Source: Octopus vulgaris (taxonomy: Eukaryota). Taken from it: 64,000 nucleotides of DNA. Positions 1 to 13,267 of this stretch are shown here, piece after piece. Numbering within the stretch: the first letter of the stretch is position 1; each line of letters begins with the position of its first letter. The notes under the pieces were generated by a model that made no database searches, was not told where the DNA came from, and worked only from the letters and a program-made list of their open reading frames with translations. The translations under genes were made by a program, and so were the position numbers. The stretch covers positions 50,592,001-50,656,000 of the forward strand of contig OX597826.1 in the NCBI GenBank assembly GCA_951406725.2, in the 5' to 3' direction.

Positions 1-1274
1 TTCAGGACTGGGAACAATTATTTCTAATAGCAAATAGGATTCAGAATTAGGCATGCTTATTTATAAACTGAGGCAATGAGGTTTTTATTTCTAGATGATT
101 ATTGGATTAAACATCATCATCACCATCATCATCACCATCACCATCATCATCATCATCATCATCAATCACCCATCCCACTCCTACCCATATGGGCATGTAT
201 TGGTCATATTGATTCCATTTTAGTGCCTTGCTCCTTGTTGAAGTCTTTTGCCATTTGATGTAAATAACAACAGAATATCACTGATCTTTGTATCTTTTTT
301 TTATTTTACATGTTATAGTCATTGGATGTGGCCATGCTGGGGCTCCACATTGTAGGGTTTAGCCTTTATTATTTTAAGTTTCTTATCCCTAAAAATGAAG
401 TTAATAATTTGAAAGCCCATAATCTTATTTTGTTTGTCGTTTTAAAAATTATATCACTGGCACTTAAGAATGTCTTACTGGTATTTGTTCTCGCTCTTTA
501 CATTCTGAGTTCAAATCCTGTTGAAGTCAACTTTGCCTTTCATTTGTTTAAGGTTGAGGAAGTGAAGTGCCAGTCAACTAGTTGAGAGTATTCACTCATT
601 CCATCCCTTTAAAACTGCTGGCCTTGTAACTAAATTAGGAACTTTGTTATTGTTGTAAGGGCAGTAGATTAGCAAAAACAGTAAGCACTAGACAAAATAC
701 CATGAATTATTTGGTTATATCCTATTACATTTTAGGTTCAAATCCCACCAGAGTTGACTTTGCCCTTTTCATCCCACAGGATTGATAAAATAAATACCTA
801 CTGGTATTTATTTTATCAATCCTATACTGGAAGTCATTATAAACAGCAAAATTTCACCCACTTCAAAATTTGTAGCCTCATTGTGTCTGTTAGAAATTAT
901 CATCATCACCATTATTATTATTATTGTCCTGAGATCGTTTTTTGTGTTTATTTAAATACTTCTGTTATCCCACTTTTTGAGGAATTCCTTAAAACAAATG
1001 TGTCTGTTTCTCAACATGTAAGGTTTTAGAAAGAAAAAAGAACAGGAACTGTTAGATATGTGTCGAGAAAGAATGTGTTTCTGTGTGAAACGAAAGAATT
1101 AATACTTGGGGTATTTTAATTAAAAAAATATTGTATTGAATATATCCAAAGTGGTCTGAGGCTTGAGCACATGATATGTTGTTATACACTCACATACACA
1201 TATATGTATACACGTGCGTGAGTGTATGTATGTGCATGAGTATGTATGTGCATGTGTATATATGCATGTACATA

Positions 1275-1323
<49 letters not shown>

Positions 1324-1446
1324 TATAAAAATACAAAATGGGACAAGAACGCAAAACACTCAGATAGATGACACAAAAAACGGACGGGTCATTCGAAGCC
1401 TCTAATCTTCAGTCAAGAACCAGATCATCCTCACAATTTCGGCTGA

Positions 1447-1760
1447 AATATATATATATATATATATATATATGCATGTGTGTGTGTGTATATGCATGTG
1501 TGCATGTGTGTGTGTGTATATGCATGTGTGCATGTGTGTGTGTGTATATGCATGTGTGTGTGTGTATATGCGTGTGTGTGTGTGTGTATATATATGCATG
1601 TGTGTGTGTATATATATATATATGCGTGTGCGCATGTGTGTATATATATATATGCGTGCGCGCGTGTGTGTGTGTATATATATATATGCGTGCGCGCGTA
1701 TATATATATGCATGTGTGTGTGTATATATGCATATATATATACACACACACACACATATA
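1447..1760. repeat. Compound (TA)n/(TG)n/(TGCA) microsatellite
   Basis: Directly visible purine-pyrimidine alternating tract. Confidence 0.95.
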
Positions 1761-2622
1761 TGAGGTTTGATCAATAAGTATCCAGACTATTGTCATAGTA
1801 ATGAAGCTAAAACACGGAGAGTGAAACCACTTGTCATAGATTGACCTTGAACTCTGCTGTGCATGTGCCCTAAGTTTTAATGTTCTGTTTACAGCAGTGC
1901 TGGGAAGGAACGTGTGTAGCGTGTGATCGTCGCATTGACCATGACAGAGAAAGTTGTTATGGTGATACCTGCTCAGAGGCCTAAGCAAAGTTGCAAAAAG
2001 AATATGGAGAAGAGTGTATAAGCTACACAGAAGTGTACAAGTGGTTCGAATATTTCCAAGGTGGCCAAAAAAATGTCGATAGTGACGAACGTTCTAGGAA
2101 ACCTGCAACCAGCAGAACTAAGAAAAGCATTGCAGATGTGTGTGCAGCTGTGAGGGGAATCACCGAATCACCATCCATGAGTTATCAGAGGATGTGCAGA
2201 TTAGTTATTGTCCAGTTCATTATCACTGAAGACTTGAGTATGAGATGCGTGTCTGCCATGTTGGTGCCAAAACTGCTTTCAGCTGACCAAAAAGACATTT
2301 GGGTTTTACTGCACAAGATCTTGTTGATTGTGTCAAGAAGAATGAAAACTTTTTGAAAACTTTGCATAAGCCTCTGAGCAGGTATCACCAAGCTTTTAGC
2401 AAAATTTGATACAGATTCTCTGCTCATCTTTTTCTGTCATGGTCAATGCAACAATCACATGCTACACACCTTCCTTCCAAGCATTGCTGTAAACAGTGGA
2501 AGTGAGCTAGAAGTGTGCATGTACAGCAGAGTTCAATGTCAATCTGTGCCAAGCGTCTTTACTCTACATGCTTTAGCTTTGTTACTATGGCAACAGTCTG
2601 GATACTCATTAATCAGACCGCA
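1761..2622 (+). mobile_element. Non-autonomous mariner (Tc1/mariner) derivative with very long inverted ends
   Basis: TA-flanked ends tgaggtttgatcaataagtatccagact / agtctggatactcattaatcagaccgca. Internal decayed transposase N-terminus (LQKEYGEECISYTEVYKWF...DERSRKP...IITEDLSMRCVSAMLVPKLL, a WVPxxL-like motif). Confidence 0.88.
1991..2356 (+). pseudogene. Mariner transposase N-terminal (HTH) fragment, frameshifted, no catalytic domain
   Basis: ORF-track translation resembles the mariner DNA-binding domain; it is truncated by the right inverted arm. Confidence 0.82.
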
Positions 2623-2747
2623 TATATATATATTATATATGAGCGTTTGTGTATGTGTATATATATGCATGTGTGTATATATGTATGTGTGTGTCTATAT
2701 GAGTGTGTATATGTCTGTGTGTATGTGTGTGTGTGTATGTGTGTATA

Positions 2748-2976
2748 TATTTCTTTACTACCCACAAGGGGCTAAACACAGAGAGGACAAACAAGGACAG
2801 ACAAAGGGATTAAGTCGATTACATCGACCCCAGTGCGCAACTGGTACTTAATTTATCGACCCCGAAAGGATGAAAGGCAAAGTCGACCTCGGCAGAATTT
2901 GAACTCAGAACGTAACGGCAGACAAAATACAGCCACGCATTTCGCCCGGTGTGCTAACGTTTCTGCCAGCTCACCG
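2748..2976 (-). mobile_element. SINE family B, young full-length copy
   Basis: Nearly identical to 10457-10686 and 18342-18573. Head ggcgagctggcagaaacgttagc, B-box-like gagttcaaattc, central gactttgcctttcatcctttcggggtcgataaattaagtaccag. Confidence 0.85.
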
Positions 2977-3504
2977 TATATGTGTGTATATGCTTCATAT
3001 TTGTACAACATAATTACTATTTATTGTTCATTTGACCTTGTGGTCCAATTTATATATGCACACCCACACATCTTTGCATATATATATGTGCATGTGCAAA
3101 TTCCTGCCCATACATGTACATGCCCATGCACAGATATCTGTGCATATATCCAAATATACACATCGATGCACTCATACATCCCTATGCACACATGGGCTTA
3201 CATCAATGCATACACATGCATGCACTTATGTACATGCATTCCTATGCAGATGCACAGCTATGTACACACCCAATCATACATACTTGCTCGCACATCCTTA
3301 CACACAATCCTACATCCATGTGCACACATACATATACAACCATTGTGCACCCATGCACACATACTTGCACACATCCCTGTACATGTGATATTTTGTGGTT
3401 TGGTGGATAAAGTAGCACTTTTGTAACTCATGGATCTTGAGTTCATATCCATTGCAGGTCTATTAATTCTTCCACAGTTCTGCAACCGCCTTAGCTGCTG
3501 AACA

Positions 3505-3710
3505 CTGACCTGTTAGAAATAGCAGTCAAATTTCTATCATATGACACCCTGCTATATTAATGAAAGGAAGGATGCATATATCGGAATAATGCAGTTCTAG
3601 ATACACTGTTGAGATAAAAATGGGATGGCCATGGCTAGAACCTCTTTGATTATAGGTCTGTCTGCTCAGTAAGGAGTGACCTAGGGCTAATCATCAACAA
3701 CAACAACCTG
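3505..3710 (+). repeat. Interspersed repeat family F ((CAA)n-tailed); related copies near 10130-10310, 11170-11390(-), 18750-18900(-), 24020-24190, 27810-28000
   Basis: Recurring ctagaaatagcagccaaatctccctcaaa...ataatgtagtcctagatacac...gggctaaacaacaac. Confidence 0.65.
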
Positions 3711-4239
3711 TCTAGTTAAACAAAGCTGAACAGAGAAGTTACTTGTGATAGATAAGACAAGAGTCTTATCAAAAGGAGATTTGTCTTACTCTCAGCCAGT
3801 TAACTCTACTGGAACTAGAGAGAAACACCTTCTTTGTAGACTCCTTCTATGGTTTATTGACATTGCTTTAAATACAACACTTAGTTTATTATTATTGCTG
3901 AGTGGTCTTTAGTTAAACTTAATTATTTGTTGCAGACAGTGCTAAGATGTTCCTCCTCCACCTTTTCCATGAAGGAATCATTTAGTTGATGGCCTACCCC
4001 AGAGGTTCCCAACCTGACGTGCCTGTATTCCCTGGAGTACATACATGGTGGCATTTTAAGGGGTGCAACGAAGAGAGAATGTATATACCTTGTTAAACCT
4101 ATTGATACCAACCAGCCCAAGACTACCCTTGGTCCTGTCATACAAACTTCTGGTTTCTAATTTAAAAGCTTCCATCAAAGTTTCATGTTAATTTATGTGG
4201 CAAACACTGATTTAATTATTTTTTATTAAATTCTTCATT

Positions 4240-4622
4240 GGCTCATGCATGCCTGCATGGTAGCAGTTTGCTTCCCTAGCATGATTCCAGATTCAGTTCC
4301 ATTGCATGGCACCTTGTCTTCTACTATAGTGTTGGGTCGACCAAAGCCTTGTGAGTGGATTTGTTAGATGGAAACTGAAAGAAGACTGTCGTGTGTGTGT
4401 GTGTTTGTGTTCGTCCCCCACCATTGCTTCACTACAGGTGTTGGTGCCTTTATGCCTATGTAACTTAGTGGTTCAGTAAATGAAACTGCTAGAATAAGTA
4501 CCAAGTTTAAAAAAAAAAAAGTCCTAAAGGTCAATTTGCTTGACTGACATGCCTCAAGGTAGTGCCCCAGCATGGCACAGTCTAATGAATGAAACAAATA
4601 AAAGATAAAGGATAAAAGATTA
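4240..4622 (+). mobile_element. SINE family A copy with ~15-bp TSD
   Basis: Matches 5465-5906; flanked by tattaaattcttcat at 4224-4238 and 4623-4637. Confidence 0.8.
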
Positions 4623-4927
4623 TATTAAATTCTTCATGATTTTAAAAATTAATTGCAAGAAATGCAACACACATCAATGCATTTCTGTAGAAATTTTAAA
4701 ACAGTAATTTGAGAGATATTTGGCTGCTATTTTTAGCAGATTAATAAACTCTGTAGAGGATCCCTCATAAGATTATATTAAATTATTAAATTCTTCATGA
4801 TTTAAAAAATTAATTGCAAGAAATGCAACACATCAATGCATTTCTGTAGAAATTTTAAAACTGTAATTTGAGAGATATTTCGCTGCTATTTTTAGCAGAT
4901 TAATAAACTCTGTAGAGGATCCCTCAT
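4616..4927. repeat. Recent tandem duplication, 2 x ~155 bp
   Basis: aagattatattaaatt...ctctgtagaggatccctcat occurs at 4616-4768 and again at 4769-4927 with few differences. Confidence 0.9.
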
Positions 4928-5464
4928 TGACTCTTTGTCCCATTTCTACAGTCTATGTTCTGGTAGATTTAACATTAAAATTATCAACTGGTTGTTTTGT
5001 TTACTTAACACACCCTTTTATTTCAACTTCAATTGACCAGCAGCTTGTTTTAACAGCTCCCTGGAGAGGAAATCACTTTAAAAACATGTCTGACAAACAG
5101 CAAAACAACACCATAGATACATGTACACACATGTTTATATGTATGGAAGTGTGTGTATGTTTGTGTGTTTGTGCTGGTTTTCATGGTTGTGATGGTGATG
5201 TTGACAATGTGGGTGTTATTTGTTTTGGCTTCTATAGTGATATGTGTGTCTGTATTAATGTTTAATGTCCTGTTCCTTTTTTTTTTTCTTTTCTCTTCAG
5301 ACACAGTGAATTTAGGAATACACTATCTAATGTGTATTTCTCCTCTGATGATGATTAAGACTGTATTATGGTTTGAGAGAAATTTATATACTATCTGTAG
5401 ATCTTTAAATGACCATAACAACTGTATGCATGTGTATACATGCATATATGTACATTTGTGTTGA

Positions 5465-5643
5465 GGCGCAGGAGTGGCTGTGTGGTAAGTAGCTTGCTAA
5501 CCAACCACATGGTTCCGGGTTCAGTCCCACTGCGTGGCACCTTGGGCAAGTGTCTTCTACTATAGCCCCGGGCCGACCAATGCCTTGTGAGTGGATTTGG
5601 TAGACAGAAACTGAAAGAAGCCTGTCGTATATGTGTGTGTATA

Positions 5644-5697
<54 letters not shown>

Positions 5698-5906
5698 ATA
5701 TGTTTGTGTGTCTGTGTTTGTCCCCCTAGCATTGCTTGACAACCAATGCTGGTGTGTTTACGTCCCCGTCACCTAGCGGTTCAGCAAAAGAGACTGATAG
5801 AATAAGTACTGGGCTTACAAAGAATAAGTCCCGGGGTCGATTTGCTCAACTAAAGGTGGTGCTCCAGCATGGCCGCTGTCAAATGACTGAAACACGTAAA
5901 AGAGTA
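5465..5906 (+). mobile_element. SINE family A (tRNA-derived, internal (TA/TG)n), full length
   Basis: A-box tggctgtgtggtaag, B-box-like gggttcagtccc, 3' end ccagcatggccg..gtcaaatgactgaaac..taaaagagta. At least 15 copies or fragments in the window. Confidence 0.88.
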
Positions 5907-7141
5907 TTAGAAAAAAGAGGTAACAAGGTGTACAATTATGTCTTTGTGTTATGTTTATTTTAGTTTTGTTTAGCTTTAGGCCAGCCCTTATCTAACAGGC
6001 TTATTGACTGGAAACATCCCAACTGTGGCTACCCATCTTTATTATTATTATTTTTTTTTTTTTGCATCCTATATATATATATCTAAAATGTGCCTGAAAG
6101 TAACCTAGTTTCATTTTGTAAAATTTCTTTTGGAGGGCCCAAGGTTTGCATATGTATACATGTGTGTGTGTGTGTGTGTGTAGGATTACGTGTGTCTATG
6201 TAAAAATGCATGTCTGCGTGTGACTAAGTCACCCTGTTTCAACCAATGACAAGTTGGCACCCTTCAAAATATATATATATATTAAGTATATCATATTTAA
6301 GGTTATTATGAAAATATCCGGTCCCAGTTCTCATGGGAACTTAGTTGACTTCACATTAGATCTTGATGTTGAGTAGTTAAGGGACCAGAAAAAGAAAAAA
6401 AATCACTCAAAAGTCATGAGTTGAAAAAATCCAATGTCTAAGTTTGGGCATGGTTTCTATGACCAGATGCCCTACCTAACAACAACTAATTTTCAGTGTG
6501 TGAATGAGTGGTTTTAATCGTGGCACCTGCAAGGTTAACGAGGCTTTTTGACTGAGATGGAGTATAGGAGATCAGGTGGTTGCTTTAAGCAAGGTGCTGA
6601 GAGGTTAAAGTATGATGAGGAAAGCAGGAACAGGTTTACTGTTGTGGGGGGGATCCATGACTGCTTAGGATTTTACATGTGTTGATGGGGATGGAGTAGA
6701 GTCTAAAGAGAAGTAAATGTGTGTGTGTGTGTTACCTCATTTCACCTGCTTTTACAACCATTTTTCCATGTTAGCATGAGTTTGATGAATACAGCATTAT
6801 TTTACAACCAGAGGCCCTTCCTGCATTTGGCCCTTGTATGTTATTCAAGTAAAAAACATTTCATTCCAAAAATCTTCGAAAGTGCAAAATTGGTGAGTGA
6901 TTTGTTGGCAGAAAAATATCAACAGAGAACACTACTATAGTTCAACAATTACACACACTTGTACACATGTAAACACACACACATACACACACAGTCAGCT
7001 TTGGACAGTTCCCCTCTACTAAACTAACAAGATATGGTTTTATGTATGTGTATGTTTGTGTGTTTATGTATGGGTATGTGTATATGTACATTTGTATATA
7101 TGGATGCGTATGTGTCTCTCCATATATATATATATATTTAT

Positions 7142-7446
7142 GCGCCCTTTTCAAGCCTAGCCAGGCTCATTGGCCCAGTTTCCCGGTTTCTATGGTGTAT
7201 GTGTTCCCCCCAGCCGGATGGGACACCAGTCCATCGCAGCATTACTCATGAAACAAGAAGAAAGAGTGAGAGAAAATTGGGGCGAAAGATTACAACAGGG
7301 GTCGCCACCACCCCCTGCCGGAGCCTCGTGGAGCTTTTGGTGTTTTCGCTCAATAAACACACACAATGCCCAGTCTGGGAATTGAAATCACGATCCTCCG
7401 ACCGCGAGTCCGTTGCCCTAACCACTGGGCCATTGTGCCTCCACAC
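7142..7446 (-). mobile_element. SINE family C (tRNA-derived), tail type 1
   Basis: Reverse strand head ggaggcacaatggcccagtggttagggc...gatttcaattcccagac; body shared with 37943-38247. Confidence 0.85.
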
Positions 7447-8329
7447 ACACATATATATATATGTATGTATTCATCTGCATTTTTGTAGTGTCATTATCCA
7501 TGTTAATACACAAATATTTAAAGAACTCAATAATAGTAGAATTTTAATATAAAAAAAGGTGTTGTCATCTAATATTGTAAGAATTTAATTTAGTAGAAAA
7601 CATAGTAAAAGTTATTTTAATATATTACTGTGTGAATAACACTTATGTTTATGCACATACACATTTACTTGCAAATATAAACAGGCTCTTTGGTAAACAA
7701 CTTCAACGACAATGTTTTGTTTAGAAAGCCAGCTATGGTGCCAGTCAAATTCTTTGTTCTGCTACATGATACATAATGTTTGTGGTGTTGACAAAATGCA
7801 ATCCTTCATTATGGTTTTGAAATCTCACCAGTCAAAATGTTGTTGGTTTAGTTGTTGTTGTTTTAATTATTATTATTAAGATGGTGAGCGGGTAGAATTG
7901 TTAATGCATTGGGGGAAAATGTTTTACAGCATTCATGCTCTGAGTTCAAATCCTGCCGAGATCAACTTTGCCTTTCATACTTTTGGGGTCAAAAACATAA
8001 GTACCTTTTGAGCATTGGGATCGATGTAAACATCTAGTCTCCCCCACCCCCACCCGGACACCCTGAAAATTCAGGACTTGTGCCTATAGTAGAATGAATT
8101 ATTATTACTGTGGAAGATTAGAAGAATTGTTAGAGCTTCAGAGAGGATGCCTGGTGGTATTTATTTGGACTCACTACATTCTGAGTGCAATCCATGCCAA
8201 GATCAACTTTGGGTTTCGTTCCTTCAGGTATCAATAATACAAAGTACCAGTCAAGTACTGGGGTCAGTGTAATTGACTAATCTCGCCCCTCAAATTGCTA
8301 GCCTTGTATCTAATTTAGCAACAAGGTCC

Positions 8330-9730
8330 TCACCTGCTTTCTACCAGGCAATATAGTTGATGGAAGTTCCATTGTAGCCATATATTGAGGATTAGTGGTG
8401 TGTAAGAGCAATAGAATTCTTAGAGAAATGCTACACATCAATGAGGATGAACTGGATAATTTCCAGAAATTCTTAGCCAGGATGTGCATTTGAGGGGTGC
8501 TACCAGTTCAAGATAAATCCTGGAGAGACAGAAGGTGCCGCCAGGCAGACTGTTGAAGATGTGTGCAATGTAACAAACTGTACTGCATGCCTTTGTGCTG
8601 TGTCCAAGTATTGTCGACTTGTGGAGTTATGTTTAGCAGTTGTTATCATATGTAGGATGGACCTGGCTATCAACCAAGTCTGTTGTGAGGATTGCCCCAC
8701 TGCCTTACCTTTAACAAGGTAGGGTAGGCCATGTTTGTCTGTCTGATGACTATGACAAAAAAGGCCGTGTGATGGACAAGACCAGAGAGATCAAGGACAG
8801 ATACCTTCCTATTCAGTCAGGCTCTCATTGACACTTACTTGAAGAGGAAAGTGAGGGTAGAGTGGGAAATGCTCTCTCCCAGTAAATTTGTGCAGGTGGC
8901 AGAAAAGAAACACCGTTTCAACCCTGTGCTTGAGGAAATCCATTGAGTCAAGTACACCAACATCAAAAATCAATGGAAACTGCAGTTGTGATCCCTGCGC
9001 CGGTGACACGTAAAAAGCACCATCCAAACGTGGCCGATGCCAGCGCCGCCTAGACTGGCTTCCATGTTGGTGGTACGTAAAAAGCACCATCCGGATGTGG
9101 CCGATGCCAGCGCTGCCTTGACTGGCTTCCGTGCCAGTGGCTGTTGCCAGCCTCGCCTGGCACCTGTGCCGGTGGCACATAAAAAGCACCCACTACACTC
9201 ACGGAGTGGTTGGCGTTAGGAAGGGCATCCAGCTGTAGAAACACTGCCAGATCAGACTGGAGCCTGGTGCAGCCTTCTGGCTTCCCAGATCCCCGGTCGA
9301 ACCATCCAACCCATGCTAGCATGGAGAACGGATGTTAAACAATGATAATGATGGGTGTTTGTGGCAAAAAACGGTAAGGGTGAATGGAACTACTGTTAGC
9401 ATATGCTTATAGATTGAAGAATAGTTGGGTGAGGGCTTGTGGCCTTGGTGGTCAGGGAAATCCTGGGTCTGTGGAGTTCCTTGATCAGCCCTAGTTAGAG
9501 GTTCTCCTATATCAGGAGGACTAAATCCTTCATGTATTCACATATTTTATAAACCCTGTGTGCTGTTTTTATCTCATCTCTTTCCCTCCCAACTTACCCT
9601 TCACATCTTATTTTTTTTTTATGAAAACCCCTACACAATTTGTAAATTGTCCTTGTAATGTCCCTATCATCAGATGCCTCTGTGGCAAATAAAATAAATT
9701 ATTATTATTATTATTATTATTATTATTTTC
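8330..9730 (+). mobile_element. Decayed 3' end of Tx1/L1-like LINE, interrupted by an RTE 3' fragment
   Basis: Similar to the reverse complement of 24841-25875 (cacttgaagaggaaagtgagggtagag; tail gtcc...ctgtggcaaataaa followed by (TTA)n). Confidence 0.65.
8925..9352 (+). mobile_element. Family D: 3' end of an RTE-clade LINE with internal tandem repeats and (ATG)n tail
   Basis: aaaaagcaccatcc..gtggccgatgccagc units, then gtggttggcgttaggaagggcatccagctgtagaaac...aacccatgctagcatgga..acgga.gttaaac.atgatgatg. Confidence 0.75.
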
Positions 9731-10394
9731 AAATATGTGAGTATGAAGAGAATGACAGTTGGCAAAAAGAGAGAGAAAAAAAAAAGCCCAGTAAACTATT
9801 ATATACTAAATAACAGTTTATTAGAGAATACTTTGACACTTCTCTGACTTCAACAAAAATGCGGGTTGGGGTGCGTGTGTGTGTGTGTGTGTGAGGGGGG
9901 AGGGTGTAGAAAATGAAATAAAGAAAATGAAAGAAATGTAAAACATGAGGGGTAGGAGAGGGTACAAATAGCCAAATAAATGTTAAACTGGTATTATGAA
10001 AATTGATGTCGCATGATTTCCTTAGCTGTTCAGATATGTGGTATGTGCGCGCGAGTGTGTGTGTGCTTGTGTGTTATAAGATACTCAAGAATTTTACAAG
10101 TGATGAGGGAGACACTATACAGCTTTTCAACTTGCTAGAAATAGCAGCCTAGTCTCCAGTAGGTTGAGAGAGAGCCTCTGTGTGGTCACTTGAGCTGCAA
10201 AAGTAGGAGTCAAATCTCCCTCAAACTACACTATTATATCAGATAATGAGGTTCTAGGTACATTGTGCCTGGGAAAATTACAGAATGTTTGTGGCCAGAA
10301 TACTGTTTGTTGGTTATAACACTGCACTTGGTCATTGCATTATAGCTCTGCTCTAAGCCATAGCACTGCTCTTGGCCATCATGCTGCTCTCTTT

Positions 10395-11058
10395 CACCTA
10401 TCTGTTTTAATCATTGGACTGTGGCCATGCTGGAGCACTGCTTTGAAGAGCTTTTATATTTCTTTACTACCCACAAGGGGCTAAACACAGAGGGGACAAA
10501 TAAGGACAGACAAACGGATTAAGTCGATTACATCGACCCCAGTGCGTAACTGGTACTTAATTTATCGACCCCGAAAGGATGAAAGGCAAAGTTGACCTCG
10601 GCGGAATTTGAACTCAGAACGCAGTGGCGGACGAAATACCGCAAAGCATTTCGCCCAGCGTGCTAACGTTTCTGCCAGCTCGCCGCCTTTGAAGAGCTTT
10701 TAGTCGAATGAATCAATCCGGGTACTAATTTTTTTTAAGCACCACCTTGAAGAGTTTTAGTCAAACAAATCAACATCAGGACTTATTCTTTGTAAGCCTG
10801 GTACTTATTCTATTGGCTCTCTTTTTGCTGAACTGCTAACTTACAGGGATGTAAACAAACCAACGCCGGTTGTTAATTGGTGTTGAGGGACAAAGACACA
10901 CACACATACATGACAGGCTTCTTTCTACCAAATCCACTCGGAAGGCTTTGGTGGCCTGAGGCTATAGAAGACATACCCACTGCATAGCCCAAAGTGCTGT
11001 GCAGTGGGACTGAACTGGGAATCATGTGGTTGGGAAGCAAGCTTCTTTTCACACCTGT
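10395..11058 (-). mobile_element. SINE family A copy hosting a nested family B SINE
   Basis: Family A 3' end (ctgtggccatgctggagcac) at ~10420 resumes after 10702 and runs to the head at ~11058. Confidence 0.8.
10457..10686 (-). mobile_element. SINE family B with perfect 16-bp TSD
   Basis: ctttgaagagctttta at 10441-10456 and 10687-10702. Confidence 0.92.
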
Positions 11059-13267
11059 ACCATAGTGCTGCTTTCGGCCATAGCTCTGCAGTGAATCTTA
11101 ACTCTCCTCTTTTAGAACGAGAATTGAGTTAAACATCAGAGCAAAAGGGTGAGGATATTGGTTTAGCAGCTGGGAATAAGTTTTGCTGTTGTTTAACCCT
11201 GAGTCAGCCTCGATCCAACAGACAAACCCATGATCAAAGGCATTCTTAATCATAATCATAGCATTTTTTTTTTTAAGGTATTGTGCCTCAAGGACTACAT
11301 TATCCAATGTGTCCTGTTTTTAAAATGTTAAGTTATGATTTGAGGGAAATCTGACTGCTATTTCTTGAAGGGCGAGCAATTATATAAATGTTCCACCTAG
11401 CTTGGAGAAGGAGCATTTATGGCCGAAAGCAGCACTGTGGTACAAGAGAATGAGAAGTTATTAGTAGACCTGACTGGATTTGAACCTAGAATATAAGGGG
11501 ACATACCAAACACCACAACGTTTTTTTTTTTTTACTCCAATGTTTTACCGATTTAACCACTGTTGATAAACATTTAAAAGATTTTTGTTAAATTCTTTGA
11601 AAGAAGATTCTGTGACCTAGTTCTCTTCATTCTACTAAATGTCAGTAATTCAGTAATATTGTGTAATTAATTAAGCTTCAGTTTATTTGGGCTAATGAGA
11701 AACCACTTGAGCTCAGAGTAAATTAATATTAATACAACACTAAATACTTTAATTTCCTCACAGACAGACGAAGTTAACATATCTCGTCTCTCACTTCTCC
11801 CTCTCTTTCTCTTATTCTCCAAGAGTCAGAAAATAAATATACTTTACTTTGAAAATCTAGAACAGAAGGAAAAAAAAAGAACGAACGAAGTAGTAGCCAA
11901 CTGCCATTATCCTACACATCTTCATATAAAACTTGGCTCTGTGATAAAACTTTTTTCCAATAACCCATACTATATGAAGATTAGTGCTACTACCAAACCA
12001 GTATTCGGTAAGGGTGGGATGATGGGCTTTATCCCCCCTCCTCCTTATCCTCCTAACGTACACACACCATTTCTTTCTTTTACTGAACTCCTTTTCATAA
12101 AGCCAACTGATATGCTTGACTGAGAAAGTTAAAACAGTTACGTAATTGTCGTCGTTGTTGACTTGTTTACATAAAACATTTTAAAAAAATATATTGTCTC
12201 CTTTTTTGCCCTATTCTTCATAGCAGTGGGGGCTGAGCTAAAACCACTTAAAATAAATGACGATGTTGAAAAAATTTTTTTTTATTTACTACCCACTGTT
12301 AATACTATTATTTTTTTAATTGTTCTTCACTCAACAACTATATTATTAGTTTCTATTTAAAGATTTTTTTGAGGGCTTAAAAATACAAAAAAAAAAAATA
12401 CAAAAAACAACCCCCATATGAAAAAATAAAATAAAATAAAGCAAACCACTTTCTGGACATAACTTATCGTACCGCTCTAATACAAAGGTCACCAGGTCAA
12501 AATATTTCTCAGTGCCTGGCTTAATAGACCATGACCAGTAGCTTGGCATGTTGTCTGCTGGTATCTTATGAAAAAAAATTCCTCATATATATATACTTGA
12601 CAGGTCTTAGTTACATAAATAACAACAACAAGAAGGGCGAGTGAACAACAAACTACTTATTGAAATGACAAAGTGAAGTGGAGAGAGAGAAAGAGGCAAA
12701 AAAGAGAACTTTTGCTCTGGCTGTCACATATATATATATACATATATATATATGCACACACGCTATGCTGATTCTCCTTGACACACACAAACGCACTTAT
12801 ACAATATAGATAGATAGATAGATGTATGAAGTGTGTATTTCTGTTACGTAAATAGCCTTCTTCCTTCTAACCCAGTGACAGTCTTCACTGGTTGATTCTA
12901 GTTGACTTCATCACAAATAACGTCTCTCTCTGCTCTTTCTCTTTTAACAAATAATTTCATAAAGACGAGATGAAATAGCTGCCAGTTAACTTTTAAACAT
13001 TAAAACTCGAGTTTATTGATCCCAGCAGAATTTGAACTTAACTTTTATTATTAATTATATTCTTATATATTCTTTTACATGGTTTTGTAGTTGGATTGTA
13101 GCAATGCTGGATGGAGTACTACTTTGTAGAGTTAGTCATGCAAATTGATGTCGTTGCTTATTTTTAAGTGTGGTACTTATTCTAACGGTCTCTTTTACTG
13201 AATCGCAAAATTACGGGGATGTAAACAAAAAGTTTTATTCAAGTAGTAAGAGAGCAAACACAAAGAC

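Noticed and set aside
76-258. Poly-His ORF
   Set aside because: (CAT/CAC)n trinucleotide repeat with no coding or splice support.
1335-1447. Possible hammerhead in a repeat fragment (CTGAAGA and CCGAAA on minus strand)
   Set aside because: Boxes are in the wrong order and I could not close the stems.
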